Notes under the pieces: generated by a model
The model's database searches: none
Told to the model about the DNA's origin: nothing
Seen by the model: only the letters and a program-made list of their open reading frames with translations
Part shown: positions 10,371 to 20,833 of the stretch, piece by piece
How positions within the stretch are numbered: position 1 is the stretch's first letter
Layout: the number at the start of each line of letters is the position of its first letter
Assembly (NCBI GenBank): GCA_963702205.1
Contig: OY969724.1
Location: 1,248,001 to 1,312,000 of the forward strand
Length of the DNA: 64,000 nucleotides
Reading direction: 5' to 3'
From: an uncultured candidate division Zixibacteria bacterium
GTDB taxonomy: Bacteria > Zixibacteria > MSB-5A5 > GN15 > PGXB01
Position numbers and translations under genes: made by a program

Positions 10371-11257
10371 GATATGCCTTTATGCGGGACCATGCGTCAC
10401 AGTTTCGACTTACGTTGATGAGCCGGGTGCTGAGTGTCTCACGGAGCGGCTACTATGCCTGGCTGGTCCGACCGGAGAGTGCGCGGTCGATGCAGAATCG
10501 GCAGTTGCTGCCGCTGATCCGGCAGGCGTACCTGAGGAGTCGTCGGACCTACGGTTCGCCTCGTGTGACCGATGAGTTGCACGATCAGGGACATGTCTGT
10601 AACGAGAAGCGAGTGGCCAGGCTCATGCGTCTGCATGGGATACGGCCAAAGGCGGTAAAAAAGTTCAAGGCAACGACGGATTCGAAGCACAAGTTGCCGG
10701 TGGCGCCGAATCTGTTGAGCCGCGACTTTACCGCTGCCAGTCCGAACCGGGTGTGGCTAGCTGATATCACGTATATCCCGACGACCGAGGGCTGGCTGTA
10801 TCTGGCCGGCGTGCTGGATCTGTACACCCGTCGGGTGGTCGGCTGTGCCATGAGTCCTCGGATCAACGCTGAGTTGACCTTGAGCGCGCTTGGGCAGGCC
10901 CTGGTGCGGTATCGCCCGGGTCCGGGGCTGATCCACCACAGCGACCAGGGCAAGCAGTATGCGGCCGGAGACTATCAAAAGCTCCTTCGTCAGCATCAGG
11001 CCATCACCAGCATGAGTCGGAGAGGTGATTGCTGGGACAACGCACCGATGGAGTCGTTCTGGGGCACGTTGAAGCAGGAGCTGGTGCATCACGAGAACTT
11101 CGTGACCAGAGATGAAGCGAAGGCGAAGATCTTTGAGTATATTGAGGTGTTTTACAACGGTCAGCGTCGGCATTCGTCGCTGGGTTCAGTGAGCCCGGCC
11201 GAGTACCGAATCCGCCGCCAGACCACAACCGACACGGAAGCAATCACCGTGTCTTAA
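10367..11257 (+). CDS. IS3 OrfB DDE transposase
   Basis: WLADITYI, HHSDQGKQY, DNAPMESFWGTLKQE. Confidence 0.95.
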   Translation: MRYAFMRDHASQFRLTLMSRVLSVSRSGYYAWLVRPESARSMQNRQLLPLIRQAYLRSRRTYGSPRVTDELHDQGHVCNEKRVARLMRLHGIRPKAVKKFKATTDSKHKLPVAPNLLSRDFTAASPNRVWLADITYIPTTEGWLYLAGVLDLYTRRVVGCAMSPRINAELTLSALGQALVRYRPGPGLIHHSDQGKQYAAGDYQKLLRQHQAITSMSRRGDCWDNAPMESFWGTLKQELVHHENFVTRDEAKAKIFEYIEVFYNGQRRHSSLGSVSPAEYRIRRQTTTDTEAITVS

Positions 11258-12080
11258 CTGAGTGTCCATCAAATGGGGGGAAGGTCAGTGAATTAATTGC
11301 AGCTAGCGGATCCGTTGACGTTAGCCAAAAATCGCCGTCGCTAAGAATTGCCTCTTGGAATGGATCAAATTGGTCGCCGTTGGGGACTGGCATGCATGGA
11401 GGATATATTGATATTTCAGGTTTGGCTATCTATGATGGCAAGCTAATCGTTGGCGGAAGCTTTGATTCTGCGGGGAACGTTCCTGCTAACGGGGTTGCCG
11501 CATGGGATGGCACTTCGTGGTCACCTCTCAGTTCGGGCCTCGGCCGAGGAGGTTACGCCGATGCATTGGGTCTTTATGATGGGAAACTGATTGTCGGTGG
11601 ATTAGTTATGCCAAGCAGCGGGATACCCGCGGCCAGCATAGCTTCTTGGAATGGAAGTTTTTGGTCGCCGTTGGGTTCGGGCACAGGTCAAATTAAGGCA
11701 ATGAATACATATAATGGAAAACTCAATGTAGGAGGATTTCTGATTATGGCAGGCGATAAACCGGCTCCATTCTTAGCTCAATGGAACAAAGCCACCTGTT
11801 GCCAGGATTGGGGTGTGCCCGGCGATGCCAACGCCGACGGTTTGGTTGATTTGCAGGATATATTATTCCAGATTGCGTATAGGTACGAAGAACCACAAAA
11901 TTTCCCTTCAAATTCGATAGATTGCGACCAGCTGATCGATGCAACCGGTGACGGCAAAATTAATCTTCTGGATATTCTTGTTTTGATTACTTATTTGTAC
12001 GATCCTGTACCCAGCCATACACCGGTTTGCCCTGATTAGAAATGTCAGCGTCAGGAAAGGGTTCCTGACGCCGCGAACCT

Positions 12081-12791
12081 CTACCAGTCTTTTTTCATGG
12101 CTTGAGATTTGAGGTCTTTGGGCATTTTTTCGATAGCGTATCGCAGTGCTGTGCGGGGCATGCGGCGCTTGTTCTTCATGACATAATTGAAGACCTCTTT
12201 TTGGTATCTATCGCCCGCCACTTTTAACATCCAGGCGTAACCCTTTTGCACGAGGTCTTCTTCGTCTTCGAGCAATATGTCGGCGATCGCAAACGCATCT
12301 TTCAACCCCTGCTTGTGACGCACTGAATATATCATTGCCACCGCCGCCATTCGGCGCACCCATAGGTTATTCGATTTCGCCCATTTTTCAAGCCGTGCCA
12401 CCAGTTCCGGAGAGTTAAAAACCAGTTCCCCGATAGTCCCGGCGAAATGGTCCACCGCGCTCCATCCGCATACATATTCTTTAAGCCAGCGTTCAAACCG
12501 GTTGATGTCTTTGGCGGTATATAAATCCGGGCGGCGGCAGGTCCACTCGAAAACTATGGTGGAGAAATACTTCTCGTCGAGCGCCAGCATCTTTTCGCAC
12601 AGAACGAAGAAGTCGGTTTTGCCATAAGTTTTGACGGCTTTAAAATGGTTCAGCGCGATTTTGCGCAGGATCGGAGTCCTTAGTACAAAGCGATGTTTAA
12701 GCTTCTCTTTGAAAAACTGCTGAGCGTCGACCAGGTTGCCCAGCTTTTCGGCCGCTTTGAGATCGCCGCGTATGTCGTCGATTATTGACAT
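12081..12791 (-). CDS. DNA alkylation repair protein (AlkD-like glycosylase)
   Basis: WSAVD, WAKSNNLWVRR, DLVQKGYAWMLK, MPRTALRYAIEK. Confidence 0.88.
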   Translation of the reverse strand: MSIIDDIRGDLKAAEKLGNLVDAQQFFKEKLKHRFVLRTPILRKIALNHFKAVKTYGKTDFFVLCEKMLALDEKYFSTIVFEWTCRRPDLYTAKDINRFERWLKEYVCGWSAVDHFAGTIGELVFNSPELVARLEKWAKSNNLWVRRMAAVAMIYSVRHKQGLKDAFAIADILLEDEEDLVQKGYAWMLKVAGDRYQKEVFNYVMKNKRRMPRTALRYAIEKMPKDLKSQAMKKDW

Positions 12792-12831
12792 TATTGCCTT
12801 ACTTCACCTGCGTTTAAGAAACCACCCTAAA

Positions 12832-12983
12832 GGGCCTGTTGAAAAACCAGTAGGTCGGCTTCCGAATCCTGACGCAGTCAGGAGAGAAAGCCGACATCTT
12901 GTTGTCGGGTTTCTCGTTACGCTTCGCTCCACTCGGAACCCGACCTACTTCTTGCACCATCCGTGCACTTTTTCAATAGGCCC
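12832..12983. mobile_element. MITE B copy 2 (152 bp, inverted relative to 3707-3858)
   Basis: TIRs GGGCCTGTTGAAAAA / TTTTTCAATAGGCCC; TAAA duplicated at 12828-12831 and 12984-12987. Confidence 0.88.
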
Positions 12984-13004
12984 TAAAGGGCGGGGCACCC
13001 GGCC

Positions 13005-13114
13005 TGACGCCGCTGAAAATTAAGTGCGTTGTGATCGGCGGGTCCTCAGACCAGCCGCCAACCCGGTCGATCTGAGGATCGACCCTTCAAAGTTCAGGAC
13101 AGGCCGGGCACAAC
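13005..13114. repeat. REP-like composite repeat, MITE-free allele of 3388-3654
   Basis: Two hairpins, GGCGGGTC-CTCA-GACCAGCC and GGTCGATC-TGAG-GATCGACC, bounded by GTTGTG/CACAAC. Confidence 0.82.
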
Positions 13115-13128
13115 ACAATCGCATCAAC

Positions 13129-13617
13129 CTATCCAAAAGTGCGTTCGTGGCCGAGGGTGCGTCTTAACGTCGCTATCTGCCCGGCGTGATAAAACTCGTG
13201 CATGCACAAAAACGAGGCGGCGTCTATGCTTTTCGACTTTCTGCCGGCTACCAGGGTCTCGATCTCTTTATCGAGGTCGTCGGCGCTGAGTGTTTCGAGA
13301 TACTTTAATGTCTTGTCGTGCACGTCGTCCAGTTCTTTGCGGAGGGCGTCCAACGACGGATATTCTGATGTGTTATCCGTAAGTTCTGAGCCGCGTCCGA
13401 ACAACTTCTCATAATTATCCGGGATGGTGACATCGTTCCGCAGGGCTCTTAATCTCTTGTACGCGTGCAGGACGACATGGCCGGTCAACCAGCGGATGTG
13501 ATTGACATTGTACTCACCTCGAAAAATGGATTCCTCTTCGGTAATGCCTTCGAGCAGCATCCCGGTCGCCCGGCGATTCATTTCAATCATGCCTTTCAGA
13601 TTGTCATTAATGCCCAT
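13129..13617 (-). CDS. DinB family protein
   Basis: NHIRWLTGH and HEFYHAGQI His motifs. Confidence 0.85.
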   Translation of the reverse strand: MGINDNLKGMIEMNRRATGMLLEGITEEESIFRGEYNVNHIRWLTGHVVLHAYKRLRALRNDVTIPDNYEKLFGRGSELTDNTSEYPSLDALRKELDDVHDKTLKYLETLSADDLDKEIETLVAGRKSKSIDAASFLCMHEFYHAGQIATLRRTLGHERTFG

Positions 13618-13715
13618 GATTGTTCCTTGTATTATTAGTAAATGTTATTGTCGATCATAATAATCTATAATAACAATACGCAGAAGCAGCGGCGAAGTTG
13701 TCGCGAAGCGTAAGT

Positions 13716-15110
13716 TTAAAATTTGGCCCAGCGGGGGACGCGCGGAAACGGCGCAACGTCGCGGATGTTGGCCATGCCCGAGATATACATCAGGGTTCGG
13801 TCGAAACCGAGTCCGAATCCCGAGTGCGGCGCGGTGCCGTATTGACGCAGATCCAGATACCACGAGTATGTATCGAGGTCCATCTTTTTTTCCTGCATAT
13901 GCGCCTTGAGCACGTCAAAACGTTCCTCGCGCTGCGATCCGCCGATAATCTCGCCGATCTTGGGTACGAGCACGTCCATCGCGCCGACCGTTTTTTCATC
14001 GTCGTTGACCCGCATGTAAAAAGCCTTGATGCTTTTCGGGTAATCATACACGATGACCGGCTTTTTGAAAACCTGCTCAGTTATATATCTCTCGTGCTCG
14101 GTCTGCAGATCTATGCCCCATGAGACTGGGAATTCGAATTCAACTTTAGCCTTTTCGAGCTCTTTGATGGCGTCGGTGTACGGCAGCCGGATGAAATCCG
14201 ACTCGACCACGTGTGTCAGAGTCTCGATGACGGTTTTGTCGACCCAGCTGTTGAAGAAATTCATTTCATCGGCGCACTCTTCGAGCGCGTACTTGAACAG
14301 AAATTTCAGGAAATCGACAGAAACCTGCATGTTTTCCTCGAGGTTGCAGAAGGCCATCTCCGGTTCGATCATCCAGAATTCCGAGGCGTGACGCGAGGTG
14401 TTGGAATTCTCCGCGCGAAAGGTCGGTCCGAACGTGTAAACGTCGCCCAGCGCCAGCGCTGCCGTCTCGGCTTCGAGCTGTCCCGAAACTGTCAGGAAAG
14501 TCTCGGCGGCAAAAAAATCCTGGTTGAAATCTATATGACCATCCACAAGTGGTGCATCGTTGAGCGGAAGAGTCGTAACTCGGAACATGTCGCCCGCGCC
14601 TTCGGCGTCGGAGGCGGTGATGATCGGCGTGTGGATATAATAAAAGCCACGCTCCTGATAAAATTTATGAATGGCGTAAGCGATTTTCGAACGAAGCCGC
14701 CCGACTGCACCAAAGGTGTTGGTGCGGGGCCGCAGATGAGCGATCTCGCGCAAAAACTCGAACGAATGGCGTTTTTTCTGAAGCGGGTAGGTGTTATCGG
14801 CTTTGCCCAGAAGGTCCAGCTCTTTGACCGCCAGTTCAAACTTCTGTCCTTTGGCCGGAGATTCCACCAGCTTGCCCACGACGCGGACCGCTGCACCGGT
14901 AGCTATTTCTTTGAGTGACGGGAAGTTATTCGGACTATCCATAACCGCCTGAAGATTACCCATGCACGAGCCGTCATTGATGTCGATAAAAGCGACATTG
15001 CTGGATACGCGGGCGGTGCGGACCCACCCCATGACAGTGATTTCTTCACCGACCGACACTTTTTCCTTTAAAATGATGTCGGCCACGCGGGTTCTTTTGA
15101 AATAATCCAT
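13716..15110 (-). CDS. asnS: Asparagine--tRNA ligase
   Basis: [55 protein letters not shown]. Confidence 0.97.
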   Translation of the reverse strand: MDYFKRTRVADIILKEKVSVGEEITVMGWVRTARVSSNVAFIDINDGSCMGNLQAVMDSPNNFPSLKEIATGAAVRVVGKLVESPAKGQKFELAVKELDLLGKADNTYPLQKKRHSFEFLREIAHLRPRTNTFGAVGRLRSKIAYAIHKFYQERGFYYIHTPIITASDAEGAGDMFRVTTLPLNDAPLVDGHIDFNQDFFAAETFLTVSGQLEAETAALALGDVYTFGPTFRAENSNTSRHASEFWMIEPEMAFCNLEENMQVSVDFLKFLFKYALEECADEMNFFNSWVDKTVIETLTHVVESDFIRLPYTDAIKELEKAKVEFEFPVSWGIDLQTEHERYITEQVFKKPVIVYDYPKSIKAFYMRVNDDEKTVGAMDVLVPKIGEIIGGSQREERFDVLKAHMQEKKMDLDTYSWYLDLRQYGTAPHSGFGLGFDRTLMYISGMANIRDVAPFPRVPRWAKF

Positions 15111-15312
15111 TTCAGCCTCCGGTGGTCAATTATTCCGAATATATAAGCGCCAAATCAATCCCTGATATTATCTCATAATCGGCTGAATATCAAGCAAAAT
15201 CAGGAATTCGCGGATTTTTGAAACATAAATGCCGTCACAAAGTATAATATAATGAATGCCAAAAGCAGCCAGAAAGGCAGATAGATCTTCCCAACCTATT
15301 ACCTGCGAGGCC

Positions 15313-15337
15313 GCCGGTTACGCGATAAGTAACCGGC
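15313..15337 (-). terminator. Hairpin downstream of the NTP-transferase/PMM gene
   Basis: GCCGGTTAC-GCGATAA-GTAACCGGC, a perfect 9-bp stem. Confidence 0.5.
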
Positions 15338-15355
15338 GCTTTGCATTTAGGGATA

Positions 15356-17855
15356 TCAGTCCTGAGACTGCTCGACCAGGTCCCGATATTTCCCGACCAT
15401 GCTTTCCAGCGATTCGGGAGAATTAGATTCACCCATAATGTTGAACGCCGCCGTCTGATTGTCCGGGGCGACCAGTACCCAGCCGGATTCCTCGAATACC
15501 CGAACACCATCGATCAGTTGCCGTTCTTTTTCGGTCGGTACTGGTGATCAGCTTGCGCATGACCTGGCCTTTTTTCGACCAGGGGCAGGGGACCGAAACC
15601 GTCTTGCGGATATAATGTTCGAATTTACCGCGAATCTCCCCCAGCCGGGCTTTTTCTTTGGCCATCATTTCGAGGATGTACACGGCCGCCATGATGGCAT
15701 CGGTGCCCATCTGGAAATCGGGGAAGATAAATCCACCCAGCGTCCCGCCGACGTAATCCACCCCGGCGTTCTGGTACGCTTCCATCATCGCCAAATGCGA
15801 GTTACGGACGCGGAGCACTTCGACGCCATAGGTCGACGCAATATCTTCGACACCCATCGACGCCGCCACCGGGACGGCGATTTTCGAGGTTTTGTGCGTC
15901 CGCAAGAATAAGTACGTAACAATCAGAAGCAATAACTGGCTGTCGATCAGGTTGCCGTTTTCATCGACAACCGTAAGTTTTTCCGCCGCCGGGTTGAGCA
16001 TAAATCCGATATCGGCTTTGAGCGACTTTACGATCGACGATAGCTGTACTATCGACTGCGCCTGCTCATCGGGATGCGGCGATAATTTGCGCGGGTCTAT
16101 ATATGCATTGAGAGCCACCAGATTAACACCCAACTGCGAAAACAGGGTGGGGTACACCTGCGAAGCGCCGCCATTGGCGTAATCTATCACGACTTTGAAT
16201 CCGGCTTTGCGGACGATTTCCGGGTGTATGGCGCCGAAGAAATCGGTGCGGTAATCTTCGAGGACGCCCGCGGGCATATCGAGATGGCCGATTTCATCGA
16301 GTTTGGCCCGATAGAAATCTTCACCGAAATACATGCGCTCGACTTTCTTGAGTTTGGCCGTCGGCATATCCAGCCCGTCGCCGTTGAACAGGATCAAGTC
16401 GATCAGGTTGGCATCGGACGGATTGTGGCGAATATACACGCCGGCCCCGTAGGTTCCGTGGCGCAAAGCATAGCGCACAACCGGAATCGGCATGGCTTCG
16501 AGATCGTCGACATTGGTCCCGGCCGCCAGCAGCCCCGCGATCAGAGCGCGTTTGATCAGACGCGAGATATCCGAGGCATCGCGGCTGGTGACAACTCGTT
16601 TGCCCGGTCCCAAAAACGCGCCGAAAGCACCGCCGAGCTTGACGCACATCTCGGGCGTAATTTCGGTCAGAGCCAGGCCGGTTACTTTGGAGGCGGTGAA
16701 AAGTTCGCGGTTCCATTTTTCGCCCCAGACCAGCGACGAGGATACTATGGCACCGTCGTCGACCGTCTTGCCCGGCCATATTTTGCAGTTGGCTTTAACC
16801 GTCGCCCCGCTGCCGATTTTGCAGTCATCGGAGACGATGACATTATCCATTAAAGCCACGTTCTCGCCGACTATGGTGCGGCTGCAAACTATTGATTGGT
16901 CGATTTTCGATTCGGCCCCGATGCGGGTATCGGCCCAGACGACCGATGCGGTCAGAATGGATTGTTCGCCGACACGGACGTTGTCGCCGATGGCGCTGCT
17001 GCTGATCGTGGCGCCGTCGGATATGACGGCGTTGTTGCCGATAATGACAGAACCTTCAAACGTGACATCTTCGCCGATATGAACGCCCTGGCCGAGATAA
17101 ACGTCGGCTTCGCCAATTTTGCTGTGGTTCAGGTTGAATTCGAGATTTATGCTGCCGGTCAACAGGTCGCGGTGGACGAGCGTGTATTCGTTGACGTTGC
17201 CGACGTCCTTCCAGTAACCCTCGGCCGTGTGGCCGTACAATCCCATTTTCTTCGATAGCATCAGGGGGTACAAGTTTTGCGAGAAGTCGAAATTGGTCGC
17301 CGGTGGAATAAGCCGCACGACGTGCGGTTCCAGAATATATATACCGGTGTTGATCGTATCGGAAAACATTTCGCCCCAGGACGGTTTTTCCAGAAAGCGT
17401 ACGATATGGTCGTCTTCGTCGGTGATGACGATGCCGTAGGCCAGCGGGTTCTCGGCGCGGGTCAGCATGATGGTGGCGTCGGCGTGTTTGCTCTTGTGCC
17501 ATTCCAGCGCACCGGCCAGATTGAAATCGGTGATGACGTCGCCCGAGATAACCATGATGGTTTCATCGATGAAATCTTCGGCGTAACGCACTGCTCCGGC
17601 CGTGCCGAAATCCTCGGTTGGTTGAAGATAATCCATGCGGACGCCGAACTTGTGGCCGTCACCGAAATGGTTTTTTATTTCTTCGGCCTGGAAGAACAGA
17701 AGCGACACAAGTTCATCGAAACCGTTTCTTTTTAGGAGATGAACGACGTGCTCCATCATGGGAATATTGCCGATCGGGACCATCGGTTTGGGAAGATTTA
17801 TCGTCAGAGGTCGCAACCTCGTCCCGAAGCCTCCGGCCATTATGACTGCTTTCAT
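15356..17855 (-). CDS. Mannose-1-phosphate guanylyltransferase fused to a phosphomannomutase-like domain; apparent frameshift near 15537
   Basis: MKAVIMAGGFGTRLRPLT..PKPM, hexapeptide repeats and PMM domains. Deleting one base at 15533-15538 gives ...EKERQLIDGVRVFEESGWVLVAPD...QSQD* ending at 15356. Confidence 0.88.
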
Positions 17856-17889
17856 ATTCTATGCTCCAGCGATATTCGACTTTATGGTA

Positions 17890-18555
17890 TCAGGATATTA
17901 CACCCGTTTTCTGCAAGTAATTAAATATATCAAAAAAACTTTCATATTCAATAGCTTCAAAATCGTTTTCACGGCAATATCGCAGCAGGTCGCTTCGGGC
18001 GAAAACGATATCAGCTTCCGGCAGGGCGCAGATGTCGGACAGGCCGTCGCCGATGTAGACGATCCTGAACTTGTTCCGTTCCTGGTCCACGGTTTCCCTG
18101 ATCCGCGTTCCTTTGCAGGAGCCGCAGCGCGGACAGCCGTCGTTGTCGTACGGAAATTCCATGACAAACCGATCGCCGTCTATATAAGCGTGGTTGGCAA
18201 ATACTATTATCTCGGACAGTCCGAATTTGTTCAGGATAAAATCGATATATAAATCCGCCCCGTCGGAGGTGATATAAAACGGAATTCCACGCCTTTTCAT
18301 GTCGGCATAAAATTCTATTGCGCCGTCGCGCAGAGGGAAATCATCGAGAAATCGGTGCAGTTCCGGCTCTGTAACCCGGACAAGATTGGCTTCTTCGAGC
18401 AGGCACTGCCGCGACGAAAGCAAGCCTTGTTTCCATTTGGTCACAGAATCGAGAATGACGTCCCCGGCAAACGTCCGGTACAGCCGGTGGCCAATGTCTT
18501 TATCGGTGAAAGAACCGTCAAAGTCGCAAAATATTATTGTTTGTTTATCGGTCAT
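17890..18555 (-). CDS. MtnX-like HAD-IB phosphatase
   Basis: IFCDFDGSFT, TSDG, CGSCK, YIGDGLSD. Confidence 0.82.
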   Translation of the reverse strand: MTDKQTIIFCDFDGSFTDKDIGHRLYRTFAGDVILDSVTKWKQGLLSSRQCLLEEANLVRVTEPELHRFLDDFPLRDGAIEFYADMKRRGIPFYITSDGADLYIDFILNKFGLSEIIVFANHAYIDGDRFVMEFPYDNDGCPRCGSCKGTRIRETVDQERNKFRIVYIGDGLSDICALPEADIVFARSDLLRYCRENDFEAIEYESFFDIFNYLQKTGVIS

Positions 18556-20174
18556 GGGAGGTTACCGTTGGCCACGTTCAGCGAGTCGATCAGTTTCTCA
18601 GCGAATTTTATTTGATGACTGTACGGCAGGACGGCGTCGTGGTACGACCTCGCCAAACCGTATTTGAATTCCACTGCCAGCCGATACAGGCGGTGGACGA
18701 CTTCCTCGCGGTGGCCATTGAACTGGTCCCGGTCGAGTTTTTCGGAATACTTCATGGTTCGGTCGATAGTCCCGATCGTCGGTTGCCCCGCTCCACTCAG
18801 TTCGGCGATTTCTTTTAAAGTATCGATGCTGCCGGTCGTGGCCGAGACATATTTAAAGTTCTTTTCGTTGCAATATTCGATAAAGTCGTCGTACCACTCG
18901 TCGGCGGACTTCATAAGCGAGGGACCGGCCAGTATTCTGTCTTTGTTGGCCGAGGCAAACTGGCGCATTATAAGAGTCCGCGCCAGAGCGTTCAAAAACG
19001 GCTCGTTAACTTCGGGGACATAATAGTCCGGCGGGATGCCGCCGGCGCTGTCGAGCACCGGCGAACTGGGATCGTTGATATATTTTTCACCCTTGAAATA
19101 ATAACGGGAACTGGTCAGCCGGATACCGCTGCCGTCGCCCAGGCCTTTATATTCCTGCACCAGCCCCTTGCCGAAGGTGGTGTCGCCGACCAGAAACGCC
19201 CGCCCGGCGTACTTAAGCGAACCGGATACGATCTCCGATGCCGACGCCGAACCGCCATCGACCAGAATAGCCAGCGGGCGGCCGTTCAACAAATCCGAAC
19301 CCGATGAGTTATATTCGGTGCGGTCCCAGCGCGACCTGCCTTTGACTCCGACTATCAGTTGACCGTTGGAAAGAAACAGGTCGGCCAGGCCGATTGCTTC
19401 ATACAACAGGCCGCCGGGGTTGTTCTGCAGGTCGAGAATCATGCCTTTGATCGTCATTGATGAGTCGCTTAGCACGGAATCGAGGACATGTTTCACGTCT
19501 TCGGATGCCCCGGCTTCGAAATCGATTAGACGAACATACAAGATGCTGTCTTCCAGCATCCCGGCGTAGGGGATATGCTGTAGTTTCAGTTTTTCACGGA
19601 CAACATTCACGGTCAGTGTGTCGCGCAAATCATCGCGCGCAATCGTCAGCGACAGTCGTGAGTTCTCGGGGCCGCGAAGATATGACGACGCCTCGAAGGC
19701 GTCTTTGTCGGCCAGATTGAGACTGTCGGCTTTTATAAAAATGTCGCCATTGAGAACGCCGGCTTTCGACGCCGGACCGCCCTCGCGAACCGACAAAACC
19801 ATAAGGCCGTGTATGTCCGGGACGATGGTTACGCCGATGCCGCTGTAGCTGCCGCTGAATTCTTCGGTTATCATTTTAAGTTGTTGCGGTTCCAGAAACG
19901 ATGAATACCGGTCGAGATCGTCGAAGACCGCCTCACGGGCGTGGCGCATCATACTGATCGGGTGGTAGGGGCCGTCGTAGAAATAACCGATCAACTGCAG
20001 AGCAGTGACAATGTCTCGTTCAAATTTCAGGTTAGGTTCGGAAAAGGTGTACACGCTCAAAGCCACCAGCAGCACGATGATGGTCACGAAGAAGCTCAGC
20101 GCCCAGATGAAATGTCCTCGGACGGCGGCGATTTTGTCGGACAGCTCTAAATTTTCAGACGATTGTTCAGACAC
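18552..20174 (-). CDS. S41 carboxy-terminal processing protease (CtpA-like)
   Basis: PDZ domain (GIGV..GGPA), LDLQNNPGGLL, SASASEI, TTFGKGLVQ. Confidence 0.92.
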   Translation of the reverse strand: MSEQSSENLELSDKIAAVRGHFIWALSFFVTIIVLLVALSVYTFSEPNLKFERDIVTALQLIGYFYDGPYHPISMMRHAREAVFDDLDRYSSFLEPQQLKMITEEFSGSYSGIGVTIVPDIHGLMVLSVREGGPASKAGVLNGDIFIKADSLNLADKDAFEASSYLRGPENSRLSLTIARDDLRDTLTVNVVREKLKLQHIPYAGMLEDSILYVRLIDFEAGASEDVKHVLDSVLSDSSMTIKGMILDLQNNPGGLLYEAIGLADLFLSNGQLIVGVKGRSRWDRTEYNSSGSDLLNGRPLAILVDGGSASASEIVSGSLKYAGRAFLVGDTTFGKGLVQEYKGLGDGSGIRLTSSRYYFKGEKYINDPSSPVLDSAGGIPPDYYVPEVNEPFLNALARTLIMRQFASANKDRILAGPSLMKSADEWYDDFIEYCNEKNFKYVSATTGSIDTLKEIAELSGAGQPTIGTIDRTMKYSEKLDRDQFNGHREEVVHRLYRLAVEFKYGLARSYHDAVLPYSHQIKFAEKLIDSLNVANGNLP

Positions 20175-20764
20175 TCTTTAACCTCAAGGAATATTTCGTC
20201 GGGGGATTTCCGGCTGTCGATAACACAAAAGCGACGTTTTTCCGACAGCGCGACATTCAGAAAACCTTTGCGCACCCGGTTGAAAAATGCCTTCGATTCC
20301 GATTCCAGGCGGTCGGCGGTTTTCTTCCGACGCAATAGCGATGTTTTGTAGTCGATATCGAACAAGAAAGTCAAATTTGGTCGTATCCCGCCTATGGCCA
20401 GCATATTAAGTTTTTTAATCAGATTCAGATCGAGACCGCGTCCGTAGTATTGATAAGCCGTCGTGGAATCGTGGAATCGGTCACACAGTATAATTCTTTT
20501 TTCCGCCAGCGCCGGTGCGATCACATGCTCCACAAGTTCGGACCGGGCCGCCACATAAAGATTAAGCTCGGTCACGGGATTGATCGATAGTTTCTTGTCG
20601 AGAAGTATTTTCCTGATTTTCTCGGAAAATTCCGTTGATCCCGGTTCGCGGATCACCAGCGGCTCGATTTCGAGCTTTTTAAAATATTTCGCGGTCATCT
20701 TGAGCTGGGTCGTTTTGCCGCAGCCGTCGATGCCCTCAAATGTAATCAGAAATCCTTTATCCAT
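20147..20764 (-). CDS. tmk: Thymidylate kinase
   Basis: FITFEGIDGCGKTTQ-like P-loop, REPG, CDRF..ST.AYQ. Confidence 0.95.
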   Translation of the reverse strand: MDKGFLITFEGIDGCGKTTQLKMTAKYFKKLEIEPLVIREPGSTEFSEKIRKILLDKKLSINPVTELNLYVAARSELVEHVIAPALAEKRIILCDRFHDSTTAYQYYGRGLDLNLIKKLNMLAIGGIRPNLTFLFDIDYKTSLLRRKKTADRLESESKAFFNRVRKGFLNVALSEKRRFCVIDSRKSPDEIFLEVKECLNNRLKI

Positions 20765-20833
20765 ATATCTCCAAACAAAAAGGCGAACGTGTCAGGTTCG
20801 CCTTAATTTAGGTTTCAAAAGAAACTTTGGAAA

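Larger units (their letters stand above)
10000..11287 (+). mobile_element. IS3-family insertion sequence (1288 bp)
   Basis: TG...CA ends; IRs TGACCTTCCCCCGGATTAGTGGACA / TGTCCATCAAATGGGGGGAAGGTCA; 3-bp TSD GTG (9997-9999, 11288-11290); A7G frameshift motif at 10331-10338. Confidence 0.96.
8256..12039 (+). pseudogene. Secreted beta-propeller repeat protein with dockerin-like C-terminus, interrupted by IS3
   Basis: ~50-aa repeats ALAVYDGxLIAGGxFxxAGxxxAxxIAAWDGxSWxxLGSG. Removing the IS plus one GTG restores VYNG|ELIAASG in frame with 11380-12039 (about 830 aa). Confidence 0.9.
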
